From positions 1 through 40,832 of the forward strand of contig JAVCCP010000025.1 in the NCBI GenBank assembly GCA_030765405.1: a stretch of DNA of 40,832 nucleotides, read 5' to 3'. This document shows positions 31,014-39,887 of the stretch, one piece after another. The stretch comes from Candidatus Ancaeobacter aquaticus. GTDB taxonomy: Bacteria > Auribacterota > Ancaeobacteria > Ancaeobacterales > Ancaeobacteraceae. The notes beneath the pieces were generated by a model that was given only the letters and a program-made list of their open reading frames with translations, was not told where the DNA came from and did no database searches. A program made the translations under genes and the position numbers. Position 1 is the first letter of the stretch. Every line of letters starts with the position of its first letter.

Positions 31014-32243
31014 ATGAATCAGGATAACAATTCAAATGATCAGGATAAAACCGTTTATTTGGATAATATTAATAAAGACCAGAAATCCCTTATCGGCTCA
31101 CGGTTAGGTGAATTTGAAATAACGAGAGAGATTAACCGGGGGGGTATGGGCGTCGTGTATGAAGCGTACCAAAAAAACTTGAAAAGGTCCGCCGCAGTAA
31201 AAGTTCTCCCTAAATCTTTCGCCAATCAAAAAACGTTTGTCGACCGTTTTCACAAAGAAGCTGAAGTGCTTGGTTCGCTATCCCACCCACATATCGTGCC
31301 AATTTACAACTTCGGTGCCGTAAATGACATCTATTACTTTGCAATGGAATACATTAAAGGCCCCACACTTTCAGAAGTGCTAACACATAAGAAAACACTC
31401 ACGCAAGTCGTTGATGAATCTGAAGCAATTAACATAATAAAGCAAGTCGCGTTAGGCATCAATTACGCTCACCATAAAGGCATTATACATCGAGATATTA
31501 AACCGGGAAACATCTTGATGGATGAAAGCGGTAGAGCCCGCATTGCAGATTTTGGTTTGGTAAAACTGCAGGCACTTGGCGCCGGAAAAGATACAACTCC
31601 GCTTATGGGAACGCCGCTGTATATGTCCCCCGAACAAGCACAAGGACGTGAAATTGACTACCGGAGCGATATATATTCACTTGGCTGTGTGTTATATGAA
31701 CTTTTGACTAACACACCACCGTTTGTCGATAAAACGCTTAAACAGCTTATACGAAAAATTGAAAACGATAACCCCGCGCCGCCCGTATCACTCGCTCCCT
31801 CAACACCTTTGCTTCTTAATAATATCGTACTCAAAATGATCGAGAAGAATCCTGATCATAGATATCAATCACTTGATGAATTTCTCACTATCATTGATCG
31901 GTACGAAAAAGGCCTCTTGCACATTGATCTTCCAAGAGAAAATGAGGACACACCGAAAAAAACAAAGAAAAAATCCTCAAAGCATTCAGTTCCTTATATA
32001 ATTATTGCCGGAATCATCATAGTCGGAATCAGCGTATATTTTTTCGTTGTTCCAGCTATAAAAAACATTTACTACAAAGAATGGGCAGAGATGAAACTTA
32101 ACATTGCCGATAATTATAGAAACAACAGACTATATAAGCCCGCACTTAAGATCTATGAAAAAATAGTAAGAAAGGTACCCACAAGCACATCAGGAAAAGC
32201 GGCTCAGAAGAAAATAGAAGCTATTCGGAAAAGGATGAATTAA
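31014..32243 (+). CDS. Hanks-type Ser/Thr protein kinase with one TM helix and a short helical C-terminal domain
   Basis: RGGMGVVY, AVK, HRDIKPGN, DFG, GTPLYMSPEQ and DIYSLG motifs; hydrophobic IIIAGIIIVGISVYFFVV. Confidence 0.93.
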   Translation: MNQDNNSNDQDKTVYLDNINKDQKSLIGSRLGEFEITREINRGGMGVVYEAYQKNLKRSAAVKVLPKSFANQKTFVDRFHKEAEVLGSLSHPHIVPIYNFGAVNDIYYFAMEYIKGPTLSEVLTHKKTLTQVVDESEAINIIKQVALGINYAHHKGIIHRDIKPGNILMDESGRARIADFGLVKLQALGAGKDTTPLMGTPLYMSPEQAQGREIDYRSDIYSLGCVLYELLTNTPPFVDKTLKQLIRKIENDNPAPPVSLAPSTPLLLNNIVLKMIEKNPDHRYQSLDEFLTIIDRYEKGLLHIDLPRENEDTPKKTKKKSSKHSVPYIIIAGIIIVGISVYFFVVPAIKNIYYKEWAEMKLNIADNYRNNRLYKPALKIYEKIVRKVPTSTSGKAAQKKIEAIRKRMN

Positions 32244-32269
32244 GTATCCTATCCCCTTAATTCCCTGGC

Positions 32270-32306
32270 TAAATAGATATTGCACCCTGGGTGCAATATC
32301 TATTTA
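32270..32306. repeat. 37-bp perfect palindrome (18-bp arms, 1-nt centre)
   Basis: TAAATAGATATTGCACCC-T-GGGTGCAATATCTATTTA. Confidence 0.9.
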
Positions 32307-32446
32307 TGTGTCCAATGGGATACAATTGACAGGGCTTAGAAATAACACGCGCTTTGGGGATATAGTTTCCCCTTCGAGGATCAAATCCTTGGAAACGCTA
32401 CGAGTTTACTAAAGGCGACTCTCTATAAAATACCTACCCTTTAATC

Positions 32447-32992
32447 CTACAGCAGCCCTAAAAATTTTTCTTTCTTTTTGTCTTTGAATAAATCTTCCAG
32501 CAGCGTATCAACCGCTTTACTTATAGAATCATCTATCATCTTCTTCGGCTGATTATCGTCGTAGGCAAACGTTGACGGAGGGGTAAATCTTGTTTCAATT
32601 CTATTATTCCACAATATCTTACCGCTTTTCACATCCTGAAGATAGAGCCGTATTTGAACATAGCAGTTTGAGAGTTTCGGCGGAATATTAGCGCCCGGGC
32701 CCGATCCCATATCGTTGCTGTAGAAAACATACTTGCTAATCCCCGATGAATCTGGGAATCCTTTTTCGTATCCCTGTTGATACACAAACGCGCCCGATCC
32801 TTCAGCGAGTCCGCCAACAAGTACCGCGAGCCACCCGTTTATGGGTTTTAAACTCTTCGTTTCATTAAAACCATATTCAATAATCTATCCACGGATAATT
32901 TTATCAGCTCCCAGTGTCTTGCCTATTTCTCTTACCTTGCCTTTCGAGAGACCGACTTTCACACCGTCTAAGACCTTGTTATCGCCAAAATC
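32447..32992 (-). pseudogene. Middle and 3' part of the lipoprotein gene (CsgG/LpoB/DUF799-like), 5'-truncated with an internal TAG
   Basis: 32650-32992 matches 39934-40273. CAG->TAG at 32885-32887. The frame continues 67 aa beyond the point where the right copy stops. Confidence 0.85.
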
Positions 32993-33215
32993 CTTCGATA
33001 TAGAAAGAAGGTATAATAAATATTCTATCGCCTCTTTGTCCATCGGCTTTAAAATTAATTCCGCCGTAGACTATTGAATTGCTTAAGTATTCCCTGCTTA
33101 CCGTAATAGTAAAATCTTCTATACACCAACCAGAATCTACTGAGGACATGTTTCCTACTTGTCTATCAATTAAATCAAAATTTAATTTATTACCATCAAT
33201 GTCGTAGGCACTACT
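32979..33215 (-). pseudogene. Start-less 78-codon open frame, possible gene remnant (SSAYDIDGNKLNFDLIDRQV...IPSFYIEGFWR)
   Basis: Stop-free, protein-like frame not in the ORF track; its 3' end is joined to the lipoprotein repeat at GATTTT. Confidence 0.35.
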
Positions 33216-33222
33216 CTAAACC

Positions 33223-33429
33223 ATGGAAAAACTACTGACAATACAACAATTAAGTGACCTACTTCAGGTAAGTATAAAGACCATTTATCAATGGACTCAT
33301 ACTGATTTCATCCCACACTATAAACTACCAAAAGGAGTGCGTTTCAAGACGGTTGAGGTTGAACGCTGGCTAGAAAGAAGGAAAAGAAAAGGCAGGAGCA
33401 CTTACCACTTGAATATTCCTCTCAAATAA
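33223..33429 (+). CDS. Excisionase/AlpA-like HTH_17 DNA-binding protein
   Basis: LLTIQQLSDLLQVSIKTIYQW...IPHYKL...VRF...VERWL pattern; 68 aa. Confidence 0.85.
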   Translation: MEKLLTIQQLSDLLQVSIKTIYQWTHTDFIPHYKLPKGVRFKTVEVERWLERRKRKGRSTYHLNIPLK

Positions 33430-33487
33430 TAACGACCCGTAGATTATGCTAGCTATTTTCTTTTTCCAGCGCTGCCAGTACATTACT

Positions 33488-33811
33488 TTAACGTTTCAGA
33501 AAGAAAAAAACAACTTGCAACACAATTGCTATCCCGATGGCTCCGGTCAAAATATAAGTCATTCTTTCAATATTCTTTAGTCTTTCAAATATTTTACTGC
33601 TGCCGATCTGATTTATCGTTTGAATAATCTGATGGCTCTCTTCAGAAAGCTTTTGAGTGCTTTCAATAAAAGTTAAAAGTTTTACACTAGCTTTTTGTAA
33701 TTCGTCTTTAGCTTCCTGATAAGAACCTACCTGTTGATGAAGTGCCTCAAGATTGCTCACCAACTCCTGTGCACGTTCCTCAATTTTGATTATTTCATGT
33801 TCTGTAGACAT
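33488..33811 (-). CDS. Hypothetical coiled-coil protein with a C-terminal TM anchor
   Basis: Heptad-rich N-terminal part and hydrophobic YILTGAIGIAIVLQVVFFFL; starts 11 nt after the helicase stop. Confidence 0.7.
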   Translation of the reverse strand: MSTEHEIIKIEERAQELVSNLEALHQQVGSYQEAKDELQKASVKLLTFIESTQKLSEESHQIIQTINQIGSSKIFERLKNIERMTYILTGAIGIAIVLQVVFFFLKR

Positions 33812-33822
33812 ATATTTACCAC

Positions 33823-36800
33823 CTATGAATTAAAGATTTGTACTGCTTTATTGGAAATCTGATTAAACAAACAAACTGCTGGAACAAATATCATATTTTC
33901 ATCAGCGTCTCCGTTGTTGATTAAGGCCTTTAAAAACTCACGGTCATCTAATGATTCAATTAACAATACTACATAATCATCATATATCAAAGTGCTGCGA
34001 TTGTAAATCCTCCCCAACAACCATGTCAAAATATCATAGAGTGTATTTTTTGGAATCCGATATTTAGAAACCGCAAAATCACACGCCGCTTCAATATTCT
34101 GAAATGCAAGTTCATAATCCGGATTAATGCAATATGTTTCGGAAAGAGCACGCAACATAAGCAACCCTGGATGATCCGGGTATGATTCAAGATACCTTGA
34201 AACCTGACCACGAATTTCCGCAGAGTCACGAGGAGACCTCACTCCCCCAATTGCTTCTCCTGACTCTGCTATAACCCCACCATCAAAAATAATTTTGAGA
34301 TTTGTGAAAGAGCCAACATCATCCAATACTTGTTGAATTTCTTCCGAGTATGTTGTTTCGAGATAGCGCAGTATCCTATCCCTTATGAAATCGTCCTGAT
34401 TACTACCAGCTGAAACTGCCGCCTCCGCCATGGAAAGAATCTCACGAAATGCGCGCCTGCGGCCTTTCTCAATTGTGTCATAGATGAAACCAATAAGAAT
34501 TTTTGCCGCCTGCTGAACAAAATCGGTAAAAGGTAAATCCTTATACTCTAGGATTTTGATATATTCTTGTGCTACACGCCCCCGATTATACCCCTCAACA
34601 TAACGACAAAAATGCTCGATGACTTGATCCTTGGTCACACCAGAAAGTACAAGGCAAAAATCTTTCGCAGGATAATCAATTGTGTAATCACTAACAACAC
34701 CAAGCAACAGCAGGCGGTGTACGCCTTTCTCAATATTTCCTCGATTATTGTTCTTAAATACTATATTTACTTTTCTTGCCGTCTCAAAATCACCAATTCC
34801 TTTCATTATGTTATGAATATCGGTGAGTTCTTTATCTACGCCACGGAATGCATTCAAATGAAACCAAAGCGCGCGAGTAACATCGTCATCGGTATCCCAG
34901 TCACGCTCTTTTTCTATTATATTATTGAGCTCGTCAATGGTAGCATCCGGATGCAATAGTTTCTTTGTCCTTTCTTTGAAATCATTTGAAAGGAGCAAAA
35001 TACTCTGGGCAGTTTTCCTATCACGTCCAGCTCGCCCAGCTTCTTGATAAAAAGATTCTATAGAACTGGGAAGGCCAATGTGAATGGTATATCTAATATT
35101 GGGTTTGTCTATCCCCATGCCAAATGATTTTGTCGCAACTAGGATCGGATATTTGTTGTTTTTAAAATCGCTTGCATTTTGACGTTTCAATTGTGCCCAA
35201 TTTATTCCAGCAGATAATCCTTTAGGTTTTTTTCCACTATAATATCTTACTTCCACACCAAGCATTGAAAGCACTCGTGTGTTTTCAACAACTCCGTAAG
35301 AACCACCCGCCCAAGGGCAGAATACTATGCCGCAATTTGTTTTTTCATTTTGTATGCGATAGAAACTTCCGAATGATGAAAACAATACATTTGGAAGATA
35401 CTGTTGAAACACCGAACGCATAACATTTGCTTTTTGATCTGATTTACATTCAAACACTCCAAAATGCAGTTCTTTTCTATTAAAGGTTTCTGGGGTTATA
35501 ATTGCCTCAAAATCTTTTATTTGCAACTCACGCAATACATCGCGTAATACAGCGTTTGAAGCTGTCCCTGTAAGCGCCAATAGTGGAGGTACTCTTCCAT
35601 GTGATTTACAATACTCTCTAGTTGTTCTCCCAATATTTAAATATGCCGTGCGAAAATCGTGACCCCATTCGGAAACGCAATGTGCCTCATCAATTGCGAT
35701 CAATGCAATGGGAACATTAACTGTTAGCGCTTTAAGGTTATTGCGATATTCATCACTCTGTAATCGTTCGGGGGCAACATAACAAAATATATATTCTCCC
35801 CTAGAAAACGCTTGAATTAACTGTGAACGAATAGGTCCCTCAGTCTGACTGGTAATTCCCTCGACTCTATCTATACCGCAACGAAATAGATTCTCTTTTT
35901 GGTCATCAATCAATGCAGTAATGGGATCAATTACAACCGTTACACCAGGTAAAACCAAAGACGCTAATTGAAAAGCTATTGATTTACCTGCTCCGGTAGG
36001 AAGCAAAACTACTGCGTCCTTTCCTTCTAAAGCCCTAAGAATTGCCTCAAACTGCCCCTCAAGAAAAGTTTCAAATCTAAATATATAGTGTAAGAAGTAT
36101 TGTAATATTGTCTCCTGTGGTTCGACAATCTGAATACCAGAGGTTCTTTCCTCGCTATGCGCAATAGTATAAGGAAACGTGATATCCTGAATCACAAAAC
36201 GAGCACCTTTCGTGCATTGATTTTCATCAAAAGTAATTATCACACCATCCACTGCACTAGGCTGCGTAGTAACAGTAGCAGATATATTACTAAAGTCATT
36301 GTCCACGCCATAAAGCGCACAAAAGTTGTGCATTAGTTCCAATAAGTCAGCCATAGCTGCTTCTATAATTATATCGGTTTCATGTTTCTCAAATGTTACC
36401 GAATTAGAGTCAAAATAAATGGTTACTTTGCCTTGATTAAGTGGCAACGAGCCAGCAATTAAGGCCTCAATAACCGTCATTTGAAATTGATAAGCCAGCT
36501 TGATTGCAAGCAAATATTTATCAGTAGCGGAAATAGAATTAATTATTTCTATTTTACTACCGTCAAGCGCATTGATAAGTTCTTGGAAATTAACACCGGC
36601 ATCGTCCGCTAATTCTTGATTGGTAATTCTGATAGATTGAAAACCTTTATTTTGCAAGAGCATGTTTCGGTTGTCATCACGGGATTGATGGCTATCATGT
36701 CCTGGATCGTCTATCTCAACAATGAACGATTTTGTTGGGGTTGTAATTAGAAAATCAGCTTGCTGATAAACAAACGGGTCTGCACTATTCTGATCCCCCA

Positions 36801-37509
36801 CCAAGCTAAAAAACTGCACCTGCGGTATGACAAATTTCTTATAGTAGGGCCCCAAATACTTATGTAAAACATCTTCATAAAAATACTTCTCCGGCGTTTT
36901 GTTGCTAAATATCGATTGTGCTTTTCCATCAAACTGTGCCGTGGTATTCTGGTTTGGATTAATTAAAGCGAGATAGTGCATTAGATCTATATTTGAAGCA
37001 TCAAACTCGCATGGAGAAAATGCATTCCGCAAGCTTGCTTCAAGAGTGGGAGATAGAAGCGTAAGTCTTCCGCGCGTTAATATCTTTTTAGCAGCAAGTA
37101 ATACTTGCCTATCCCTTGCTGACACTTCGCTTGTTATTGATTCAGGAAAATCAACGCGCCACTGCCCATAAAACCCAACCTGGTCTCTAGCAATCTCGCC
37201 TTTATTAATAAGATCCAGCAACTCTTTTGCAACTGCTATATTCTGGAAAAAAAGGGAACGGTAGGTCTCAAATCGTTCTCGCGCATTCAATATAACGGGC
37301 GGGCGAGTAAGCTTGTCTTGTGACTCGAGTAGCTGTTCTCCAGCAACCTGCGGCTGTTCATCATCTCCAATATTAACAATAACTCCCCTACATGTAGTTC
37401 TCCAGTTTGGACAACCATAAAATTGTCGACCAGCATAACGGCCCTGTCGCGATGTTTTTAATAACATCGTCGCTCCGCATTTTGGACATTTTGGTGTTTC
37501 TATAATCAT
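33823..37509 (-). CDS. Zn-ribbon + DUF559/Vsr-like endonuclease + RecQ-like SF2 helicase fusion (1228 aa)
   Basis: CPKC...GCPNWRTTC topoisomerase-type Zn finger; ADF...IVEID..GH...RDDNR nuclease pattern; helicase motifs PTGAGKS, DEAH, HDFR, TGTA, TKSFGMGIDK and QEAGRAGRD. Confidence 0.88.
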   Translation of the reverse strand: MIIETPKCPKCGATMLLKTSRQGRYAGRQFYGCPNWRTTCRGVIVNIGDDEQPQVAGEQLLESQDKLTRPPVILNARERFETYRSLFFQNIAVAKELLDLINKGEIARDQVGFYGQWRVDFPESITSEVSARDRQVLLAAKKILTRGRLTLLSPTLEASLRNAFSPCEFDASNIDLMHYLALINPNQNTTAQFDGKAQSIFSNKTPEKYFYEDVLHKYLGPYYKKFVIPQVQFFSLVGDQNSADPFVYQQADFLITTPTKSFIVEIDDPGHDSHQSRDDNRNMLLQNKGFQSIRITNQELADDAGVNFQELINALDGSKIEIINSISATDKYLLAIKLAYQFQMTVIEALIAGSLPLNQGKVTIYFDSNSVTFEKHETDIIIEAAMADLLELMHNFCALYGVDNDFSNISATVTTQPSAVDGVIITFDENQCTKGARFVIQDITFPYTIAHSEERTSGIQIVEPQETILQYFLHYIFRFETFLEGQFEAILRALEGKDAVVLLPTGAGKSIAFQLASLVLPGVTVVIDPITALIDDQKENLFRCGIDRVEGITSQTEGPIRSQLIQAFSRGEYIFCYVAPERLQSDEYRNNLKALTVNVPIALIAIDEAHCVSEWGHDFRTAYLNIGRTTREYCKSHGRVPPLLALTGTASNAVLRDVLRELQIKDFEAIITPETFNRKELHFGVFECKSDQKANVMRSVFQQYLPNVLFSSFGSFYRIQNEKTNCGIVFCPWAGGSYGVVENTRVLSMLGVEVRYYSGKKPKGLSAGINWAQLKRQNASDFKNNKYPILVATKSFGMGIDKPNIRYTIHIGLPSSIESFYQEAGRAGRDRKTAQSILLLSNDFKERTKKLLHPDATIDELNNIIEKERDWDTDDDVTRALWFHLNAFRGVDKELTDIHNIMKGIGDFETARKVNIVFKNNNRGNIEKGVHRLLLLGVVSDYTIDYPAKDFCLVLSGVTKDQVIEHFCRYVEGYNRGRVAQEYIKILEYKDLPFTDFVQQAAKILIGFIYDTIEKGRRRAFREILSMAEAAVSAGSNQDDFIRDRILRYLETTYSEEIQQVLDDVGSFTNLKIIFDGGVIAESGEAIGGVRSPRDSAEIRGQVSRYLESYPDHPGLLMLRALSETYCINPDYELAFQNIEAACDFAVSKYRIPKNTLYDILTWLLGRIYNRSTLIYDDYVVLLIESLDDREFLKALINNGDADENMIFVPAVCLFNQISNKAVQIFNS

Positions 37510-37540
37510 ATTATTCCGACAAATTTTTATACTACTCTTA

Positions 37541-37750
37541 TCAAAATGTTAACTTATCAACTGCCTTATCGACATGTTCATCCGCAAGATGTGAATAGAT
37601 CATTGTGGTATCTATATCTGAATGCCCCATAAGTTTCTTTACAGCAGGTAAATCTACGCCTTTCATAACAAAATGGCTTGCAAAAGTGTGCCTAAGGGTA
37701 TGTATCTTAGTTAAATAATCAAGCCCACATCTTTTAGCAGCAACTTTAAA
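37541..37750 (-). pseudogene. C-terminal remnant of a tyrosine recombinase/phage integrase
   Basis: Hand translation: FKVAAKRCGLDYLTKIHTLRHTFASHFVMKGVDLPAVKKLMGHSDIDTTMIYSHLADEHVDKAVDKLTF*, containing the HxLRH, GH and catalytic Tyr motifs; no start codon. Confidence 0.88.
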
Positions 37751-37771
37751 TGGTAGCTGCTACCATTTATT
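37726..37771. repeat. 46-bp direct repeat, copy 1 (contains the 23-bp palindrome TAAATGGTAGC-T-GCTACCATTTA)
   Basis: Identical to 39888-39933. Confidence 0.92.
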
Positions 37772-37772
37772 C

Positions 37773-37793
37773 AAGTGATCCGTCCCCCGAATT
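37773..37793. repeat. 21-bp direct repeat AAGTGATCCGTCCCCCGAATT, copy 1
   Basis: Identical to 39867-39887. Confidence 0.92.
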
Positions 37794-37867
37794 TATAGCC
37801 TGCTATATAACAATAAGAATGCCATTTATTACTATTTTATATTATTATATCTCATACAATAATAGGT

Positions 37868-37895
37868 GGAAAAGGGGAGAACAGACACCTTTTCC
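37868..37895 (-). terminator. Hairpin after the wHTH gene (GGAAAAGG...CCTTTTCC)
   Basis: 8-bp stem 5 nt after the stop codon; the interior GGTGTCTGT..CCCC resembles the local palindrome family. Confidence 0.4.
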
Positions 37896-37900
37896 TGGTC

Positions 37901-38872
37901 TTACTTCAGAGTTTTTGTTAAAATATCAAGGGTCTTTGAGGCAAAGGGATGGAAAAAGCTGTCTCCCTGATACAGTTTTATATCCGGATAGGTTATATCG
38001 AAATATCTTCCCGTAATTATCGCTTCTTCAATAACGTTCCGGAATGAAGAAGAGACAAGATACGCGTCAGAGGACCACGGTTCCGCATCAAGAACAAGCA
38101 GTAAATTGTCAAAAAAAGTGAAAAACTCACCCCAATTAATGTAATGGAACTTTTCCACGTCAGATATGCTCTTCACGAACATAGATCCATCCTGAAGTAA
38201 ATAAAGAGTCTCTCTTTTCTTCCTCTGCCTTGCAAGAAAACCTGCCCCTGACCAGCTTTCAAGAATTCTGTACACTATTTTCTGATTATAAAATATCTCC
38301 TTAGCGATCCTATTTGAATTACCCTCTTTAATCGTCATAAGATAAAGTAGTATCTCGACTCTGGCATTCACCCCAAAAATACATCTAAGATGCAATTGCA
38401 TAGATGCGTTTTTTTTAACCTGTGGTTCAACAACAGAATTTTTTAATACCATGTTCCTTATAGTCTGGCTATATTCTTCCGGAAAAGACTGTGATACTGA
38501 ATCAATATCGATGCCCCCGATCTTGCTGTCAGCTGTCCTTTGAATCTCTTCGATCAGATCGATCAAGCCTTCTATGATCAACGGCCCATTCGGATATTTG
38601 ATCTTTTCCAGAAAATGTTTGCTGAGATTCTTGAGCCTGGAAAGGTTTATATATCTCCTGTTTTTTAATATCCATCCTAATGATTCACCTAAAAGTCTTT
38701 TATCAAACCTACCTATAAACAATGTGGACAATATCAGGCTTTCGAGATCTATGAACCATCTACTCTGTTCTTTAACATTTGATGATAGCCCTAGCGCTGT
38801 CCATTGTTTCCAATGGAGTTCAATAAGTTTATTTTGTAATTCTTCCTTAAAATTGTTTGGCGATATTTTCAT
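37901..38872 (-). CDS. Hypothetical protein with a predicted winged-helix domain; putative antitoxin/partner
   Basis: FGVNARVEILLYL...SNRIAKEIFYNQKIVYRILESW resembles an HTH; overlaps the upstream NTase gene by 26 nt. Confidence 0.6.
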   Translation of the reverse strand: MKISPNNFKEELQNKLIELHWKQWTALGLSSNVKEQSRWFIDLESLILSTLFIGRFDKRLLGESLGWILKNRRYINLSRLKNLSKHFLEKIKYPNGPLIIEGLIDLIEEIQRTADSKIGGIDIDSVSQSFPEEYSQTIRNMVLKNSVVEPQVKKNASMQLHLRCIFGVNARVEILLYLMTIKEGNSNRIAKEIFYNQKIVYRILESWSGAGFLARQRKKRETLYLLQDGSMFVKSISDVEKFHYINWGEFFTFFDNLLLVLDAEPWSSDAYLVSSSFRNVIEEAIITGRYFDITYPDIKLYQGDSFFHPFASKTLDILTKTLK

Positions 38873-39440
38873 ATCCCTTTTCCATAAGAAAACTTTTTAA
38901 TATATCCCTGAACTCACTAGAGACATCTTGTGTTAGAACCCATTGAGATGCCATCAATATTTCTTCACTACTCGGTTTCAGCGCAAATAGGTCATCTGTA
39001 TGATATCCGCCGCGATCAAGCGACGCGTAAAGCTTAAAGTGTATCTGATCCAAGCGGCTTATAAAATATACCGTGAGATATTCTCCGCATGCTCTCTTAA
39101 CCAGCCTTTTTTCAAAACCATTCGGCAGTCCTGTCTCAATCTGTTTTGCCGGTCCTGTATTTATCCAATTATCCGGCAAATTAAAATCTCTTTGGACAAT
39201 TTTCGCCGCTTTTTCAAACCATTCAGGAAATTCATCTATTTTCTCTATCTTTATCCGGCCATGCGACATTGAAATTTTGCCTATTACATCGACATCTTTA
39301 GTTGTTCTCAGAATCAACTTGAGGGCAAAAAGCGCAGTACCACCACATACTACTATAGAGATAGGAGCTCCTTGACTAATTCCGATTTGCTTATCCAAAG
39401 CAGAAAGAATCTTTTTAATATTTTGATTATCTATCATCAT
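38847..39440 (-). CDS. Nucleotidyltransferase (DUF6036/AbiEii-like)
   Basis: VVCGGTAL...RTTKDVDV (GG-x-A...R-x-T-x-D-x-D) motif and a C-terminal KL...DR...DL pattern. Confidence 0.75.
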   Translation of the reverse strand: MMIDNQNIKKILSALDKQIGISQGAPISIVVCGGTALFALKLILRTTKDVDVIGKISMSHGRIKIEKIDEFPEWFEKAAKIVQRDFNLPDNWINTGPAKQIETGLPNGFEKRLVKRACGEYLTVYFISRLDQIHFKLYASLDRGGYHTDDLFALKPSSEEILMASQWVLTQDVSSEFRDILKSFLMEKGYENIAKQF

Positions 39441-39447
39441 ACTAAGT

Positions 39448-39476
39448 GTTATATAGCCTTATAATAAGGCTGTCAA
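39448..39476 (-). promoter_or_regulatory. Sigma70 promoter with a palindromic operator in the spacer; leaderless transcript
   Basis: TTGACA-17 nt-TATAAC, then 7 nt to the ATG at 39440; AGCCTTA-taa-TAAGGCT at 39455-39471. Confidence 0.75.
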
Positions 39477-39630
39477 GTACTATAATTATAATTAATAATT
39501 ACCTAACATATTATTGATTTTATTGGACTTTGTTTGATAGTGAAGACAAAGCAGCCTATTGAATAATACGCCCTGATAACGTAGTATATAAATATCAATA
39601 AGGATCAGCAAAAAAGATAAATGGTAGAGA

Positions 39631-39653
39631 TAAATGGTAGCAGCTACCATTTA
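39631..39653. repeat. Third copy of the 23-bp palindrome (centre A)
   Basis: TAAATGGTAGC-A-GCTACCATTTA, preceded by a tandem partial copy GATAAATGGTAGA. Confidence 0.9.
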
Positions 39654-39866
39654 GTTGATTTGAATTGAAGCGTCTTCTAGTAAAATATCTCAATATAAGA
39701 TCGATAATCCGATGAGATCATTGAGATATGTGGTTGGGATATTAAAAACAGAGGATTGGAAATAAATTCAAAAAAACATAAAAACTAGGTGCAACTCTAT
39801 TTTCCTACTGTAGCAAAATAAAATTCACGATTCAAGACCCCATTTTATGTAGCTTACCTTATAATT

Positions 39867-39887
39867 AAGTGATCCGTCCCCCGAATT
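39867..39887. repeat. 21-bp direct repeat, copy 2
   Basis: Identical to 37773-37793; abuts the 46-bp repeat. Confidence 0.92.

Noticed and set aside
32885..32887. Programmed readthrough (pyrrolysine or recoding) of the TAG
   Set aside because: The sister copy has CAG and the fragment has no 5' end, so an ordinary nonsense mutation is the simpler explanation.
33823..37509. Housekeeping recQ
   Set aside because: It has extra nuclease and Zn-ribbon domains, no evident RQC Zn site or HRDC domain, and an island location, so no gene symbol was assigned.
37747..37769. dif/XerCD site or integron attC
   Set aside because: It has an 11-1-11 layout rather than 11-6-11, lacks Xer arm consensus, and has no RYYYAAC/GTTRRRY boxes.
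37750..38016. 88-aa plus-strand ORF
   Set aside because: It begins inside the palindrome and runs through AT-rich spacer antisense to the wHTH gene.
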